From Chloroflexota bacterium (GTDB lineage: Bacteria > Chloroflexota > UBA11872 > VXOZ01): a DNA stretch of 64,000 nucleotides. This document shows positions 1-9,069 of the stretch, piece by piece (within the stretch, counting starts at the first letter, position 1; the number at the start of each line of letters is the position of its first letter). The notes below the pieces were generated by a model that had not been told where the DNA came from, did not search any database, and saw only the letters and a list, made by a program, of their open reading frames with translations. Location of the stretch: NCBI GenBank assembly GCA_965208315.1, contig OZ242329.1, forward strand, positions 3,136,500-3,200,499, in the 5' to 3' direction. A program made the position numbers and the translations under genes.

Positions 1-371
1 TGCGGTAGCGCGTCTATCGCCGCGTTCTCCGGTGTGAACTGGGAGACGAAGGCAAACTTCGGGTCCGTCTGGCCGAGCACGCCGGCGACGAACTCCGGCG
101 CGCTCCGAATATCGAACGGCACCGCGATGGCGCCCAACCGCAAGCAGCCAAAGAGCGCGACCACCCATTCCGGTCGGTTCGGAGCCCAGATGACGACCCG
201 GTCGCCCTTGGTGATGCCCCGACCGTGCAAATACGCCGCCACCTTGCCGGAGGCTTCCCAAATCTCGCGGTAGCTCCAGCTACGCACGCGGATGCCCGGC
301 TTGATGACCAAGGCAGGAGAATCGCTAAAGCGGCTTGCCGCGGTCTCCAAGAGATCGTTGAGGGTCTGCAT
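1..371 (-). CDS. AMP-dependent synthetase/ligase (acyl-CoA synthetase), N-terminal part; the gene runs off the window start
   Basis: Minus-strand translation from the ATG at 371 gives MQTLNDLLETAASRFSDSPALVIKPGIRVRSWSYREIWEASGKVAAYLHGRGITKGDRVVIWAPNRPEWVVALFGCLRLGAIAVPFD, a typical AMP-binding-enzyme N-terminus. The ORF-track entry 14..403(-) is in a different frame and looks spurious. Confidence 0.65.
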   Translation of the reverse strand, partial: MQTLNDLLETAASRFSDSPALVIKPGIRVRSWSYREIWEASGKVAAYLHGRGITKGDRVVIWAPNRPEWVVALFGCLRLGAIAVPFDIRSAPEFVAGVLGQTDPKFAFVSQFTPENAAIDALP

Positions 372-510
372 GCCGCTCTCCTTAGGCATTTATTGGGAGA
401 CAAATATGCGTATTCTACGGCGTATTATACGCACCGTCTCGGTTTCTGGAAACCGACCGCGCTGTGGTAGGGTTGAGAAATGGTAGTCCTGTGCAAGCGC
501 GGCGCGGCTG

Positions 511-1284
511 ATGGTTGCCGGCGCACGGAAGCGGGACTCTACTTGGCGCAGGGAGTTCGCTAGATCAGTGCTGGATATTCCCTTCTTGGGGCCTATTACA
601 ATTGCTCCCGGGGTGCATCAACTGCGCGCGTTAGGCGCCCGCGTCACGGTGCTGCAAGCGCCTGACGGCGCGGTGCTCGTCGATACCGGCAGCCGGGGAA
701 GCCTGCACGTCATAGCTGCCGGTTTGAAGACGCTCGGCGTGGCGCCGGAGCAGGTGCGGCTCATTGCGCTGACGCATTGTCACCCGGACCATGCCGGCGG
801 ACTTGCGGAACTCGTCGAGTTCACCTCCGCGCCGGTGGCTATTCATCACACCGAAGCCGACATCGTACGCGGCGATGAGCCCGCGCCGAGTTTCCTGCGC
901 CGGCAGGCCCTGCAAAACGCCCACCCGCTCTTTGCGATGTTCAACAGCCGTCCGGTAGCCGTGCGCTATCCGCTGGAGGACGGCGACGTGCTGCCCGAAA
1001 GCGGGGGCGTGCGCGTCATCCACACGCCGGGCCATACCGAGGGCAGCATTTGTCTCTACGTCGAGTCGGCGAAGGTGCTCATCGTTGGCGACGCGCTCCA
1101 ATTCCGCTTTGGCAAGCTGCTCGCACCCTCATGGCTCTTCACCCGCGACCCCGAACTGGCGCGGGCTTCCCTCGCCAAACTGCTTGACGTGGACTTCACC
1201 ACCCTCTGCTTCAGCCACTTCCCGCCGATACAGGAGAACGCGCGGGACATGCTGGCGGAATTTCTTCACGGCAGCGAGGACTGA
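511..1284 (+). CDS. MBL-fold metallo-hydrolase
   Basis: THCHPDHAGG (HxHxDH) and TPGHTEGS motifs. Length 257 aa. Confidence 0.8.
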   Translation: MVAGARKRDSTWRREFARSVLDIPFLGPITIAPGVHQLRALGARVTVLQAPDGAVLVDTGSRGSLHVIAAGLKTLGVAPEQVRLIALTHCHPDHAGGLAELVEFTSAPVAIHHTEADIVRGDEPAPSFLRRQALQNAHPLFAMFNSRPVAVRYPLEDGDVLPESGGVRVIHTPGHTEGSICLYVESAKVLIVGDALQFRFGKLLAPSWLFTRDPELARASLAKLLDVDFTTLCFSHFPPIQENARDMLAEFLHGSED

Positions 1285-1523
1285 AGTCCCCTCGTAGGGG
1301 CACTCAGCTTGGCATCTCCGAACTCTGCGATCTGTTTCCCACGCAACGCGCCGCGCTCTCGTGTATCATCATAAGGTGCTGCGCGGCAAGCCGTTCGCAC
1401 TTGTGCGGTGCCCGCTGCGGCCAGCGGAAGATCCCTGCGATTTGGCTGATTCTAAGAGGCGGATTCATCGGCACGATTAAGACATGCCCCGTTGGACAGT
1501 TGCGTAGTGTAAGGAACAGATTC

Positions 1524-2747
1524 ATGACAGAAGAACTCGCGGAAGGATTAGTCGCCGGAGGCGCAACGCGCCCGCTCGGTTACTTGGCAGACGGCGTGTT
1601 TTGCGGCATAAAGGAGATCGACCCGACCGGTGAAAAGCGCGACGTGGGTTGCTTGGTCTCGGAACGTCCCGCGACCGTGGCCGGAGTCTACACGAAGAAC
1701 GTCGTGAAAGCGGCGCCCGTGCTCCTCGACCAGGAGCGCATGCGGCGCGGCACAACCCGCGGCATCGTCTACTGCAGCGGCAACGCCAATGCCTGCACCG
1801 GCGATCAGGGCATGGCGAATGCGCGAGAGATGACGGCTTTGCTGGCTGCCCAGGTCGGCGTGGACGCCGAGGATATCCTGGTCTGCTCTACCGGCGTCAT
1901 CGGTCGCCAACTGCCCATGGATACCGTGCGAGAAGGGATTTCGCAACTGAAGCCGGCGAAAGAGCGCCACCGCGACGCGGCAATTGCCATGCTGACTACC
2001 GACGAGTGGCCCAAAGAAGGGGCGGCCCTGTTCGAGGCCAATGGCGTCTCCTACGCGGTCGGCGGCATGGCCAAGGGCGCGGCGATGATGCATCCCAACA
2101 TGGCGACCATGCTCGCCTACATAAACACCGATGCGCCTGTCGCGGGGGATTTCTTGCATGAAGTCTTACAACGTGCCGTGGATGACTCGTTCCACATGAT
2201 CAGCGTGGATGGCGACACTTCGACCAACGATACGGTACTGGCGCTGGCCAACGGCGCGGCGGGCGGACCGGAAATCACCGGCGGCGCGGCGGGTGATGCT
2301 TTTGAAGCTGCGCTGCGCGCGGTGGCGGTCTTTCTTGCCAAAGAAATCGTGCGGAATGCCGAGGGCGCGACCAAGGTATTCGGCGTGGAGGTACGCGGCG
2401 CTGCCACAGCCGAGGACGCCCGCATCGTCGGCCGCAGCGTAGCTGCCTCCAGTTTGGTCAAGACTGCCTTTCTCGGCTCAGACCCGAACTGGGGACGCAT
2501 CATGTGCGCGGCGGGCTACAGCGGCGTGGACTTCGACCCCAATAAGGCGTCGCTCTGGCTGGAAGACATCCTGCTCTACCGCAACGGCACGCCCACCGAC
2601 TTCGATGAGGACGCCGCCTCCGCCCTGTTGGACAGGAAGCAATCAATGTTCATCCTCGACCTGGCAGACGGCGACGCCACCGCCACCGCCTGGGGCTGCG
2701 ACCTCACTACCGAGTACGTCATCTTCAACAGCGACTACCGCACGTGA
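1524..2747 (+). CDS. argJ: bifunctional ornithine acetyltransferase / N-acetylglutamate synthase ArgJ
   Basis: ArgJ hallmarks are present: GVYTKNVVKAAPV, PNMATMLAYINTDA and DGDTSTNDTV (the self-cleavage ATML site). The start was moved to MTEELAEG. Confidence 0.9.
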   Translation: MTEELAEGLVAGGATRPLGYLADGVFCGIKEIDPTGEKRDVGCLVSERPATVAGVYTKNVVKAAPVLLDQERMRRGTTRGIVYCSGNANACTGDQGMANAREMTALLAAQVGVDAEDILVCSTGVIGRQLPMDTVREGISQLKPAKERHRDAAIAMLTTDEWPKEGAALFEANGVSYAVGGMAKGAAMMHPNMATMLAYINTDAPVAGDFLHEVLQRAVDDSFHMISVDGDTSTNDTVLALANGAAGGPEITGGAAGDAFEAALRAVAVFLAKEIVRNAEGATKVFGVEVRGAATAEDARIVGRSVAASSLVKTAFLGSDPNWGRIMCAAGYSGVDFDPNKASLWLEDILLYRNGTPTDFDEDAASALLDRKQSMFILDLADGDATATAWGCDLTTEYVIFNSDYRT

Positions 2748-2775
2748 GCGGTAGACATCTCGTAGGAGGCGGTTC

Positions 2776-3546
2776 ATGGCAAACAGGACAAACCCGGTCA
2801 TTGACAGTGCAGATCCGGTGGTGCAAGGGCCTGTTGCGCAGGCCCGGCGCGCCGGCAGAGGCCCCGCCATCTGGCTGGCGGGCGATCCTGAAGACCTTAA
2901 GCCTTGGATGGATCGTGGCGCCGCGGGCATCGTCACCAACACCGTCGTCCTGAATGACATGGTCAAGAAATACGGCCAGATCAGGGATGCCGTGCAGCGC
3001 TACCTCGACATCACCGACAAGCCCGTGGTCGTCGAGGTCGACGGCCACTCGACGGAAGAACTGCTGGATGTCAGCCACTACTTCACGCGCATGTCCGACC
3101 AGATCATCATCAAGATTCCCTGCACAGTAAACGCACTCGGCGCCTTTCGACGACTGGCGGCAGAAGGCATCGAGACCTACTGCACCACCGTTTTCTCACT
3201 GCCGCAGGCGGCCGCCGTTGCGCAGGCGGGCGCGACCCACGTCCTCCCCTTCTGCGAGCCGGTCAAGCAGATGGGCGGCGATCCCACCAAGCTGGTGCGT
3301 GAGTGCGTGCGCATGTTCGCGGGCTGGGAAAACCGTCCCTACGTTACCGCCGCTCTCGTCCGCAGCGTCGACACCGCCTACGCCGCCCTCCGCGATGGCG
3401 CTGACGGCATCATCATCTTTTGGACCACGTTTCAAGAGATGATGGAGCATCCCCTCACTGACACGTGGAATGAGACCTTCATGGGCGAGTGGGTTGCCAT
3501 GCACGAAGCCAGCCTGCTCGAAGGCGTGCCTGTGCGCCTCAACTAG
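2776..3546 (+). CDS. transaldolase-family protein (Fsa/TalC-like)
   Basis: GIVTNTVVLNDMVKKYG followed by a TIM-barrel-like remainder. About 256 aa, consistent with short transaldolase/F6P-aldolase family members. Confidence 0.65.
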   Translation: MANRTNPVIDSADPVVQGPVAQARRAGRGPAIWLAGDPEDLKPWMDRGAAGIVTNTVVLNDMVKKYGQIRDAVQRYLDITDKPVVVEVDGHSTEELLDVSHYFTRMSDQIIIKIPCTVNALGAFRRLAAEGIETYCTTVFSLPQAAAVAQAGATHVLPFCEPVKQMGGDPTKLVRECVRMFAGWENRPYVTAALVRSVDTAYAALRDGADGIIIFWTTFQEMMEHPLTDTWNETFMGEWVAMHEASLLEGVPVRLN

Positions 3547-3938
3547 CCTCCCGGTGTCTTTCTGAGCTCGAGAGCACTACGGATGAGGTCGCGAACTGCC
3601 GGAAGGCGTGCGTCCTCCAGCGAGCGAATCTTCACGTGGCGCATCTTGGCGCCGGTTCCTTCCAGGAGACCCTCGGGGTCCGCCAGTTCGACACCCTGGT
3701 AGAAACCGAGGTTGATCCACGATTTGTGAGGCAAAATGTAGGCGTAGCCGTCCTTCATCTTGCGGGGCCCCACGCCATAGGTCGCCGCTCGGTCGCCCAG
3801 GCGCACCACCTCGCATGCATTTGGGTCAACCCCACGAATAACCTCCCGCAGAGCCGCGGCCACGGCACGTAGGGGTTCCTCCGTCATCGCCAGCAAATCG
3901 TCAAACGTGCCGGTCTTTGCTTTAGACATGGTAACCAC
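3543..3938 (-). CDS. DUF1801 (YdhG-like) domain protein
   Basis: 131 aa. Pattern: ...AVAAALREVIRGVDPNACEVVRLGDRAATYGVGPRKMKDGYAYILPHKSWINLGFYQG. Confidence 0.5.
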   Translation of the reverse strand: MVTMSKAKTGTFDDLLAMTEEPLRAVAAALREVIRGVDPNACEVVRLGDRAATYGVGPRKMKDGYAYILPHKSWINLGFYQGVELADPEGLLEGTGAKMRHVKIRSLEDARLPAVRDLIRSALELRKTPGG

Positions 3939-4106
3939 TCAAGTCTCTGGTATCGACGAACGCGTTTTGTCTGTGCGACGAGGCGTGCTAGGCGGGAAGA
4001 AAGTCACATCTGGCATTAATGGCAAGGCTCGCACAGCAGTGTATCATAAGGTTTGCAGATCCTGAATCCGGACGTAACCCAGAATTCACGCCAATTAAGG
4101 ACCCTG

Positions 4107-4958
4107 ATGCCTGGCATCGATCTCCACCTGCACACCACTGCCTCTGACGGGGCGTTTGCGCCTGCTGACCTCGTGCGCATGGCGTATGAGGCCGGGCTCG
4201 ACTGCATCGCCATCACCGACCATGACAGCACTGACGGCGTGGCTATTGCCCAGGAGGCCGGACAAGGGCTCGGTGTGCGTGTGATTGCCGGTATTGAATT
4301 CAACACCATGTGGCACGGCCAGTCTGTGCACATACTCGGCTACTTCGTGGACACAGAACACCCGGAATTGCAGGCAGTCATTGCGCGCCAGCGCGACGGG
4401 CGCCTCTACCGTGCACAGAAGATAATTGAAAAACTGGCGACGCTCGACATGCCGCTCGTATGGGAAGAGATTCTCGCAGGCGCGGACGGGGGCGCCGTGG
4501 GACGTCCGCACATTGCCAAAGCCATGCTTGCGCAGGGCTACGTGAGCGAAGCCAACGAAGCCTTTGACAGATATCTTGGACACGGCATGCCGGCCTACGT
4601 AGAACAGCCGAAACTCACACCAAGTGATGCGGTCATGCTCCTCCACCGCGCCGGCGCCGCAGCCGGGCTCGCGCACCCGTACAACGTGGAAGGCGCGGAC
4701 CAGGTGGACCTGGGCATCTTGGTGCCGGAACTCGCCGATGCCGGCCTTGATGCCATCGAGACTTACTACACCGGCTACTCAACGGAGCAGCGTTCAGCCA
4801 TCTTGCAAATGGCCCAACAATTCAGCCTCATTCCAACCGGCGGCAGCGACTTTCACGGCGGGGGCATCCTAGTCCAAGCGGAATTAGGCGCAATCCGCGT
4901 GCCCCCGGAATCCCTGGCGCGACTGGAAGCGGAAGCCCGGCAACGCACGGCGCGGTAG
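4107..4958 (+). CDS. PHP-domain metal-dependent phosphoesterase
   Basis: MPGIDLHLHTTASDGAFAPADLV...AITDHDS: the PHP-domain His/Asp metal ligands. Start set at MPGID. Confidence 0.8.
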   Translation: MPGIDLHLHTTASDGAFAPADLVRMAYEAGLDCIAITDHDSTDGVAIAQEAGQGLGVRVIAGIEFNTMWHGQSVHILGYFVDTEHPELQAVIARQRDGRLYRAQKIIEKLATLDMPLVWEEILAGADGGAVGRPHIAKAMLAQGYVSEANEAFDRYLGHGMPAYVEQPKLTPSDAVMLLHRAGAAAGLAHPYNVEGADQVDLGILVPELADAGLDAIETYYTGYSTEQRSAILQMAQQFSLIPTGGSDFHGGGILVQAELGAIRVPPESLARLEAEARQRTAR

Positions 4959-5011
4959 CGCGTAAGAAGGTTCTTGCTCACGGTGTGGAGTGAGCGTGCA
5001 GACGCCCGTAT

Positions 5012-5401
5012 CTAACGTGCAAAGATGGCGTCCAGTCTGCTAATGAACAGCCGTACGTCCTCAATGCCGCCCCGCACGGCTGATTCCGTCTGGTCGCCCT
5101 CGTAGAAGTTGATGTGCAATGAGTTCGCGCTCCTGAACAGCCTACCGAGCTCGGCACTGTCAAGTTCAGCGGAAAACTGATCCACGTGCTGAAACAAGTG
5201 CGCGTGGGTATAGTATTCCCATCCTCTTTGTTCGGCGATTGCCTTCACGGCCTGCGCTGCCGCGCCCCATGCCTTCTCCGAGGCCTGCCGCAAATCACCC
5301 GCTTCGAGTTCCTTGTCCGCTTGCCTTAGAAAGACGCGGCTGGTTTGGAGGTACTTCTCTGCCTGTCGGTCTCTTCCGTTGACTTGCATTGCGCGCCTCA
5401 T
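5012..5401 (-). CDS. PaREP1/HEPN-like family protein (putative)
   Basis: 129 aa, helical. EAGDLRQASEKAWGAAAQAVKAIAEQRGWEY..H..L resembles the archaeal PaREP1 (HEPN-like) family. No partner nucleotidyltransferase is visible. Confidence 0.45.
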   Translation of the reverse strand: MRRAMQVNGRDRQAEKYLQTSRVFLRQADKELEAGDLRQASEKAWGAAAQAVKAIAEQRGWEYYTHAHLFQHVDQFSAELDSAELGRLFRSANSLHINFYEGDQTESAVRGGIEDVRLFISRLDAIFAR

Positions 5402-5556
5402 CTCGACTGATCCATTCCCTTATATAATGTCGGCGTCCACGGTGGGGATGTCAAGCGAAGGGAGAGACACTCTGGTTGCTATCCGTTTGTTATCGCCCGG
5501 CTGCGCGGCAAGCCAGCGTGGGTTGCCGTGCGCCCCGTGCGAACCTACGCCAACAC

Positions 5557-5576
5557 GCAGGTTGCAAACCTGCGCT
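5557..5576. repeat. F-type hairpin (GCGCAGG-TTGCAAA-CCTGCGC)
   Basis: Second copy at 10309-10329, between the two rhmD paralogs. Confidence 0.7.
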
Positions 5577-5741
5577 GCCGAGGATCCAGCCCATCGATAC
5601 AAACGCGCTGAGTCACTCGTTCCGCAGCGGTGTAGCTGCTAAAGTAAAGGGAAAGCAGGACAGCGGGCAATCAATCCAGAAGTGTAAGCTCTGCATGCGC
5701 TTCAAGATAGCCTTCACGGTAGTGAGATAAGGAGGTCGACC

Positions 5742-6677
5742 ATGGCCGATTCTGTTGCTAATGCGGCCACGACGGCAGCGAGACGGATCACGCTAGACGA
5801 TCTTGAGCTGAGCCCAGGTAAGTACGTCCGCTTGCAGCGCCTGCTCTACGGCTACGGGCCCGGCAACGGCACCATGATGCTCCTGCCCGTGGACCACGGC
5901 ATGGAGCACGGACCGGTGGACTTCTTCGACAATCCCGCTGCGCTCGATTCCGATTATATCTGGCGGCTGGCGGTAGAAGGCGGTTTCTCAGGTGTCGCTT
6001 TGCAATACGGCAACGCCCTCAAGTACATGCGGCCCTACGCCGGCCGCGTGCCGCTGGTGGTCAAACTCAACGGCAAGACGAACATCCCGCCCGACGACGA
6101 TCCACTCAATCCGCTCAATGCCTCTGTGGAGGACGCCGTGCGCGTGGGGGCCGACGCCGTCGGTTATACGCTGTACATGGGCTCGGCGCGCCAGGATGAA
6201 GACTTCGCCCAGTGGCGGCAGGTGCGGCAGGATGCCGAGCGCTTCGGCATGCCGACCATCATGTGGGCGTATCCCCGCGGCCAGCACATGGAGGCCAAGG
6301 GCGGCCGCGACAGCTTCTACGCCATCGATTACGGAGCACGCGTGGCCTGCGAGCTTGGCGCGGACGTGGTAAAGATCAACGTGCCGAAGATCGATCCGGA
6401 CAAGGACAAGCTTTCGCCCGCGCCGTACAACACGATGCAGATCACGCCCGACGAGGCGCTGGCCAAAGCCGTGCAGTCGGCGGGGAAGACGCTGGTGCTG
6501 ATCTCAGGCAGTTCCCGCGCCAGCGACGAAGAAGCCTTGGAAAAGGCGCGGCTGGGGGTGCAAGCCGGCGCGGCCGGCTTCATCTTCGGCCGCAACTGTT
6601 TCCAACGGCCCTGGGATGAAGGTCTGGCCCTAGTGCAGCGCATGCGCGACATGCTGCGGACAGCCGCCACGGAATAG
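5742..6677 (+). CDS. class I fructose-bisphosphate aldolase, DhnA/FbaB type (DeoC/LacD superfamily)
   Basis: MLLPVDHGMEHGP, VVKLNGKTN (Schiff-base Lys region), YMGS. Confidence 0.8.
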   Translation: MADSVANAATTAARRITLDDLELSPGKYVRLQRLLYGYGPGNGTMMLLPVDHGMEHGPVDFFDNPAALDSDYIWRLAVEGGFSGVALQYGNALKYMRPYAGRVPLVVKLNGKTNIPPDDDPLNPLNASVEDAVRVGADAVGYTLYMGSARQDEDFAQWRQVRQDAERFGMPTIMWAYPRGQHMEAKGGRDSFYAIDYGARVACELGADVVKINVPKIDPDKDKLSPAPYNTMQITPDEALAKAVQSAGKTLVLISGSSRASDEEALEKARLGVQAGAAGFIFGRNCFQRPWDEGLALVQRMRDMLRTAATE

Positions 6678-6780
6678 TAGTGAGAGACAGTCAAAACAGC
6701 CGCCTAAGGTCGATGCTGCCGGGTTGATTGGCAAACCTGCTAAGCTGTTCGGCTTTTGCCAATTAGCTAAAGGCATTGAG

Positions 6781-6835
6781 CCGTTCGCCCTGAGTCTGCC
6801 TGTCCTGAGCTTGCCGAAGGGTCGAAGGGTGTACG
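6781..6835. repeat. C-type hairpin repeat (CCGTTCGCCCTGAGCTTGTCGAAGGGTGAACGG)
   Basis: Copies at 6879-6907, 24213-24268, 24295-24332, 45993-46036 and 58671-58703, all intergenic. Confidence 0.85.
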
Positions 6836-6970
6836 GCGAGGCTACTAGATGCATATTGAAGCTCGTATTCACTCTCCGCCCGTACTTCGACAAGCTCAGT
6901 ACGAACGGAAAGACTACTCGCCTTCGCTCTCGAGTAATAGTTCAAAGAAGAACAAGGGGTCACTCATCCC

Positions 6971-7534
6971 ATGCCCATCTACACCGGCGGCGGTGACGAC
7001 GGCACCACTTCCCTCTTTGGCGGTGAGCGCGTCGGCAAACACGCGCTGCGCGTGGAACTCATGGGTTCCATCGATGAACTCAGCGCCGCGCTGGGGATGG
7101 CGGTAGCGTACCTGGCAACATCACAGACCGAGCTAACCGGTCTGCTCCAGCGCATCCAAAGCGAACTATTCGTGATGGGCGCCGACGTCGCCACACCGCA
7201 GGAACCACGTGCCTACACCATTCCCCGCATTATGCCCGCCCATGCGAATGCCCTAGAAGAAGCCATCGATGCAGCGGACACACAACTCGCTCCGCTCACG
7301 GATTTCGTGCTCCCCGGCGGCACACCCGCCGCCGCCGCGCTCCACTTCGCGCGGGCCGTTTGCCGCCGCACCGAACGCATCGCCGTGGCTCTAGCCCAGG
7401 AGGAAGAACTCTCCAAACCCATTCTGGTCTATCTCAACCGCCTCTCCGACCTGCTCTTCACCCTAGGCCGCCTCGCCAACCACCAGGCCGGCACCAAGGA
7501 TGTGCGCTCGAAAGACGCTCTCCCGCCAGAATAA
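6971..7534 (+). CDS. cob(I)yrinic acid a,c-diamide adenosyltransferase, PduO-type
   Basis: MPIYTGGGDDGTTSLFGGERV is the PduO/ATR signature N-terminus. 187 aa. Confidence 0.85.
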   Translation: MPIYTGGGDDGTTSLFGGERVGKHALRVELMGSIDELSAALGMAVAYLATSQTELTGLLQRIQSELFVMGADVATPQEPRAYTIPRIMPAHANALEEAIDAADTQLAPLTDFVLPGGTPAAAALHFARAVCRRTERIAVALAQEEELSKPILVYLNRLSDLLFTLGRLANHQAGTKDVRSKDALPPE

Positions 7535-7567
7535 CCATAACGTGCAACGCGGCTTACTTCCTTCACC

Positions 7568-8107
7568 CTAGTTTCCATCATCAGGGCAAGGCTCTATGCG
7601 GCTGCCGACGGTGATGCCATGACGTTCCGCCGCGCCAGCGTTGAGTTCCAGCGCGTGGGTGACGGGTTCATCGGGTTGGTAGCGCGGGAGTTGGTCGTCA
7701 GGCGTATCCGGCGACGGGGGCGGGGCAGACGCATCGATTTGGACAACCGTACCGTCGCGTAGCCAGATAATGTCGAGCGCGAATCGCATACCCTTCATCC
7801 AGAACGACGGTTGCTGCGGCTCTGGGAAAACGAACAGCATGCCCGTATCCTCCGGCAGACCGGCGTAGCCGCTCAAGCCCGCGGCCCGTTCCTCCAGCGT
7901 ATCGGCCACCAGCACGTTGATGCGCGCCTCATTGACGCAAAGCTCCGCCTCGAAAGGAAGCGGTGTTTCCCCATCCGACGCGACCCGCGTGGCTAGGCCT
8001 TCCAGCAACTCCGCGGTGGGGTCCCCACAGCTGAGCATAAGAAACACCGCTGCGAACAATAAGATAACCGCTAATTGGCGGAAAATGATCCGTGTAACGC
8101 TATTCAT
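7568..8107 (-). CDS. DUF192-domain secreted/lipoprotein
   Basis: Signal/lipobox-like MNSVTRIIFRQLAVILLFAAVFLMLSCG, then DUF192-like ...MLFVFPEP..FWMKGMRFALDIIWL. The ORF-track start (8143) is probably too far upstream. Confidence 0.55.
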   Translation of the reverse strand: MNSVTRIIFRQLAVILLFAAVFLMLSCGDPTAELLEGLATRVASDGETPLPFEAELCVNEARINVLVADTLEERAAGLSGYAGLPEDTGMLFVFPEPQQPSFWMKGMRFALDIIWLRDGTVVQIDASAPPPSPDTPDDQLPRYQPDEPVTHALELNAGAAERHGITVGSRIEPCPDDGN

Positions 8108-8191
8108 GCCACATGCGCCCAAGGTCGCTGCTCCCCTCTTCAATATGTTTGTTATCAGCCTGGGTTCTTTGTTTACACTAACGCAAATCTC

Positions 8192-8911
8192 TCACCTCAA
8201 GCGCGGCCACCAACCGGGAACAGTCACCCTATAGCGCTCAAAGATTGCGCCGTGCTCGCGTTGCAAATGATCGTCTTCCTTTGCCGCCAGCCGCGCGTAG
8301 GCCGCGAGCAGTACCGGAAACATCAACAGCGTAAGCAGCGTCGGCCATTGGATGAGAAAGCCGACCATGACCAGCGCAAAGCCGATGTACTGCGGATGGC
8401 GCACGACTCCATAGAGCCCGCCGGTCACCAGCGCGCCGCGGGCGCGGTGCACGTGCCACCAGCCCCAGCCCATGAGGACTAATCCGGTCACAACCACCGC
8501 GCTGCCACCCCACTTGAGGAGAGGCACGCCTACGGCCAGCGGCGCCCATTGCATTCGGTCGAGAAATACCGCCCACAGGTGCCCTTCACTGCCGTCCAGC
8601 CCGATTGAGAGACCGAAGACACCGCTTAGCAGGTAGATGGTGAAGGGTATACCGAACATCTCGGTGAAGAGCGCGATGAGAAACGCCGATCCCAGCGCCG
8701 CCTGCCGCCAGTCGCGGTGCGGCAACGCCACGAGAAATCCCACGATGAAGAGCGAGAAGAAAACAACTGACAGAACCACCGCCGGCCAGTTGCCGTACCA
8801 CGGACGCTTATCGAGATAAAGAAACCATACGAGTAACCCCGTCGTCACTGCCAGCGCGAGCAGATAGAGCAGAATGCCTCCGCGCCTGACTGTAAATTCG
8901 CCGAGACGCAT
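8192..8911 (-). CDS. isoprenylcysteine carboxyl methyltransferase (ICMT/PEMT) family membrane protein
   Basis: Multi-TM N-terminus. C-terminal GLYGVVRHPQYIGFALVMVGFLIQ...AKEDDHLQREHGAIFERY. Confidence 0.7.
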   Translation of the reverse strand: MRLGEFTVRRGGILLYLLALAVTTGLLVWFLYLDKRPWYGNWPAVVLSVVFFSLFIVGFLVALPHRDWRQAALGSAFLIALFTEMFGIPFTIYLLSGVFGLSIGLDGSEGHLWAVFLDRMQWAPLAVGVPLLKWGGSAVVVTGLVLMGWGWWHVHRARGALVTGGLYGVVRHPQYIGFALVMVGFLIQWPTLLTLLMFPVLLAAYARLAAKEDDHLQREHGAIFERYRVTVPGWWPRLR

Positions 8912-9069
8912 GGCCTTCTCCCCTCGCTATTCCTACCGGCGTTGCGCCAGTGTCTGGTCCCCAATCGCAGAGTTTCCACTGACACGTGCCACTCCTGACG
9001 GGTATCATAGACCGTACCACAGGCGAGAAACGGTGGTGCCGAACCGGTGTTACGCTTTCCAAACAGAGG

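Noticed and set aside
14-403. ORF-track entry 14..403(-), 129 aa
   Set aside because: It is out of frame relative to the clearly recognisable AMP-ligase N-terminus, which starts at 371 on the same strand. Its Arg/Ser/Pro-rich translation is typical of a GC-rich shadow frame.
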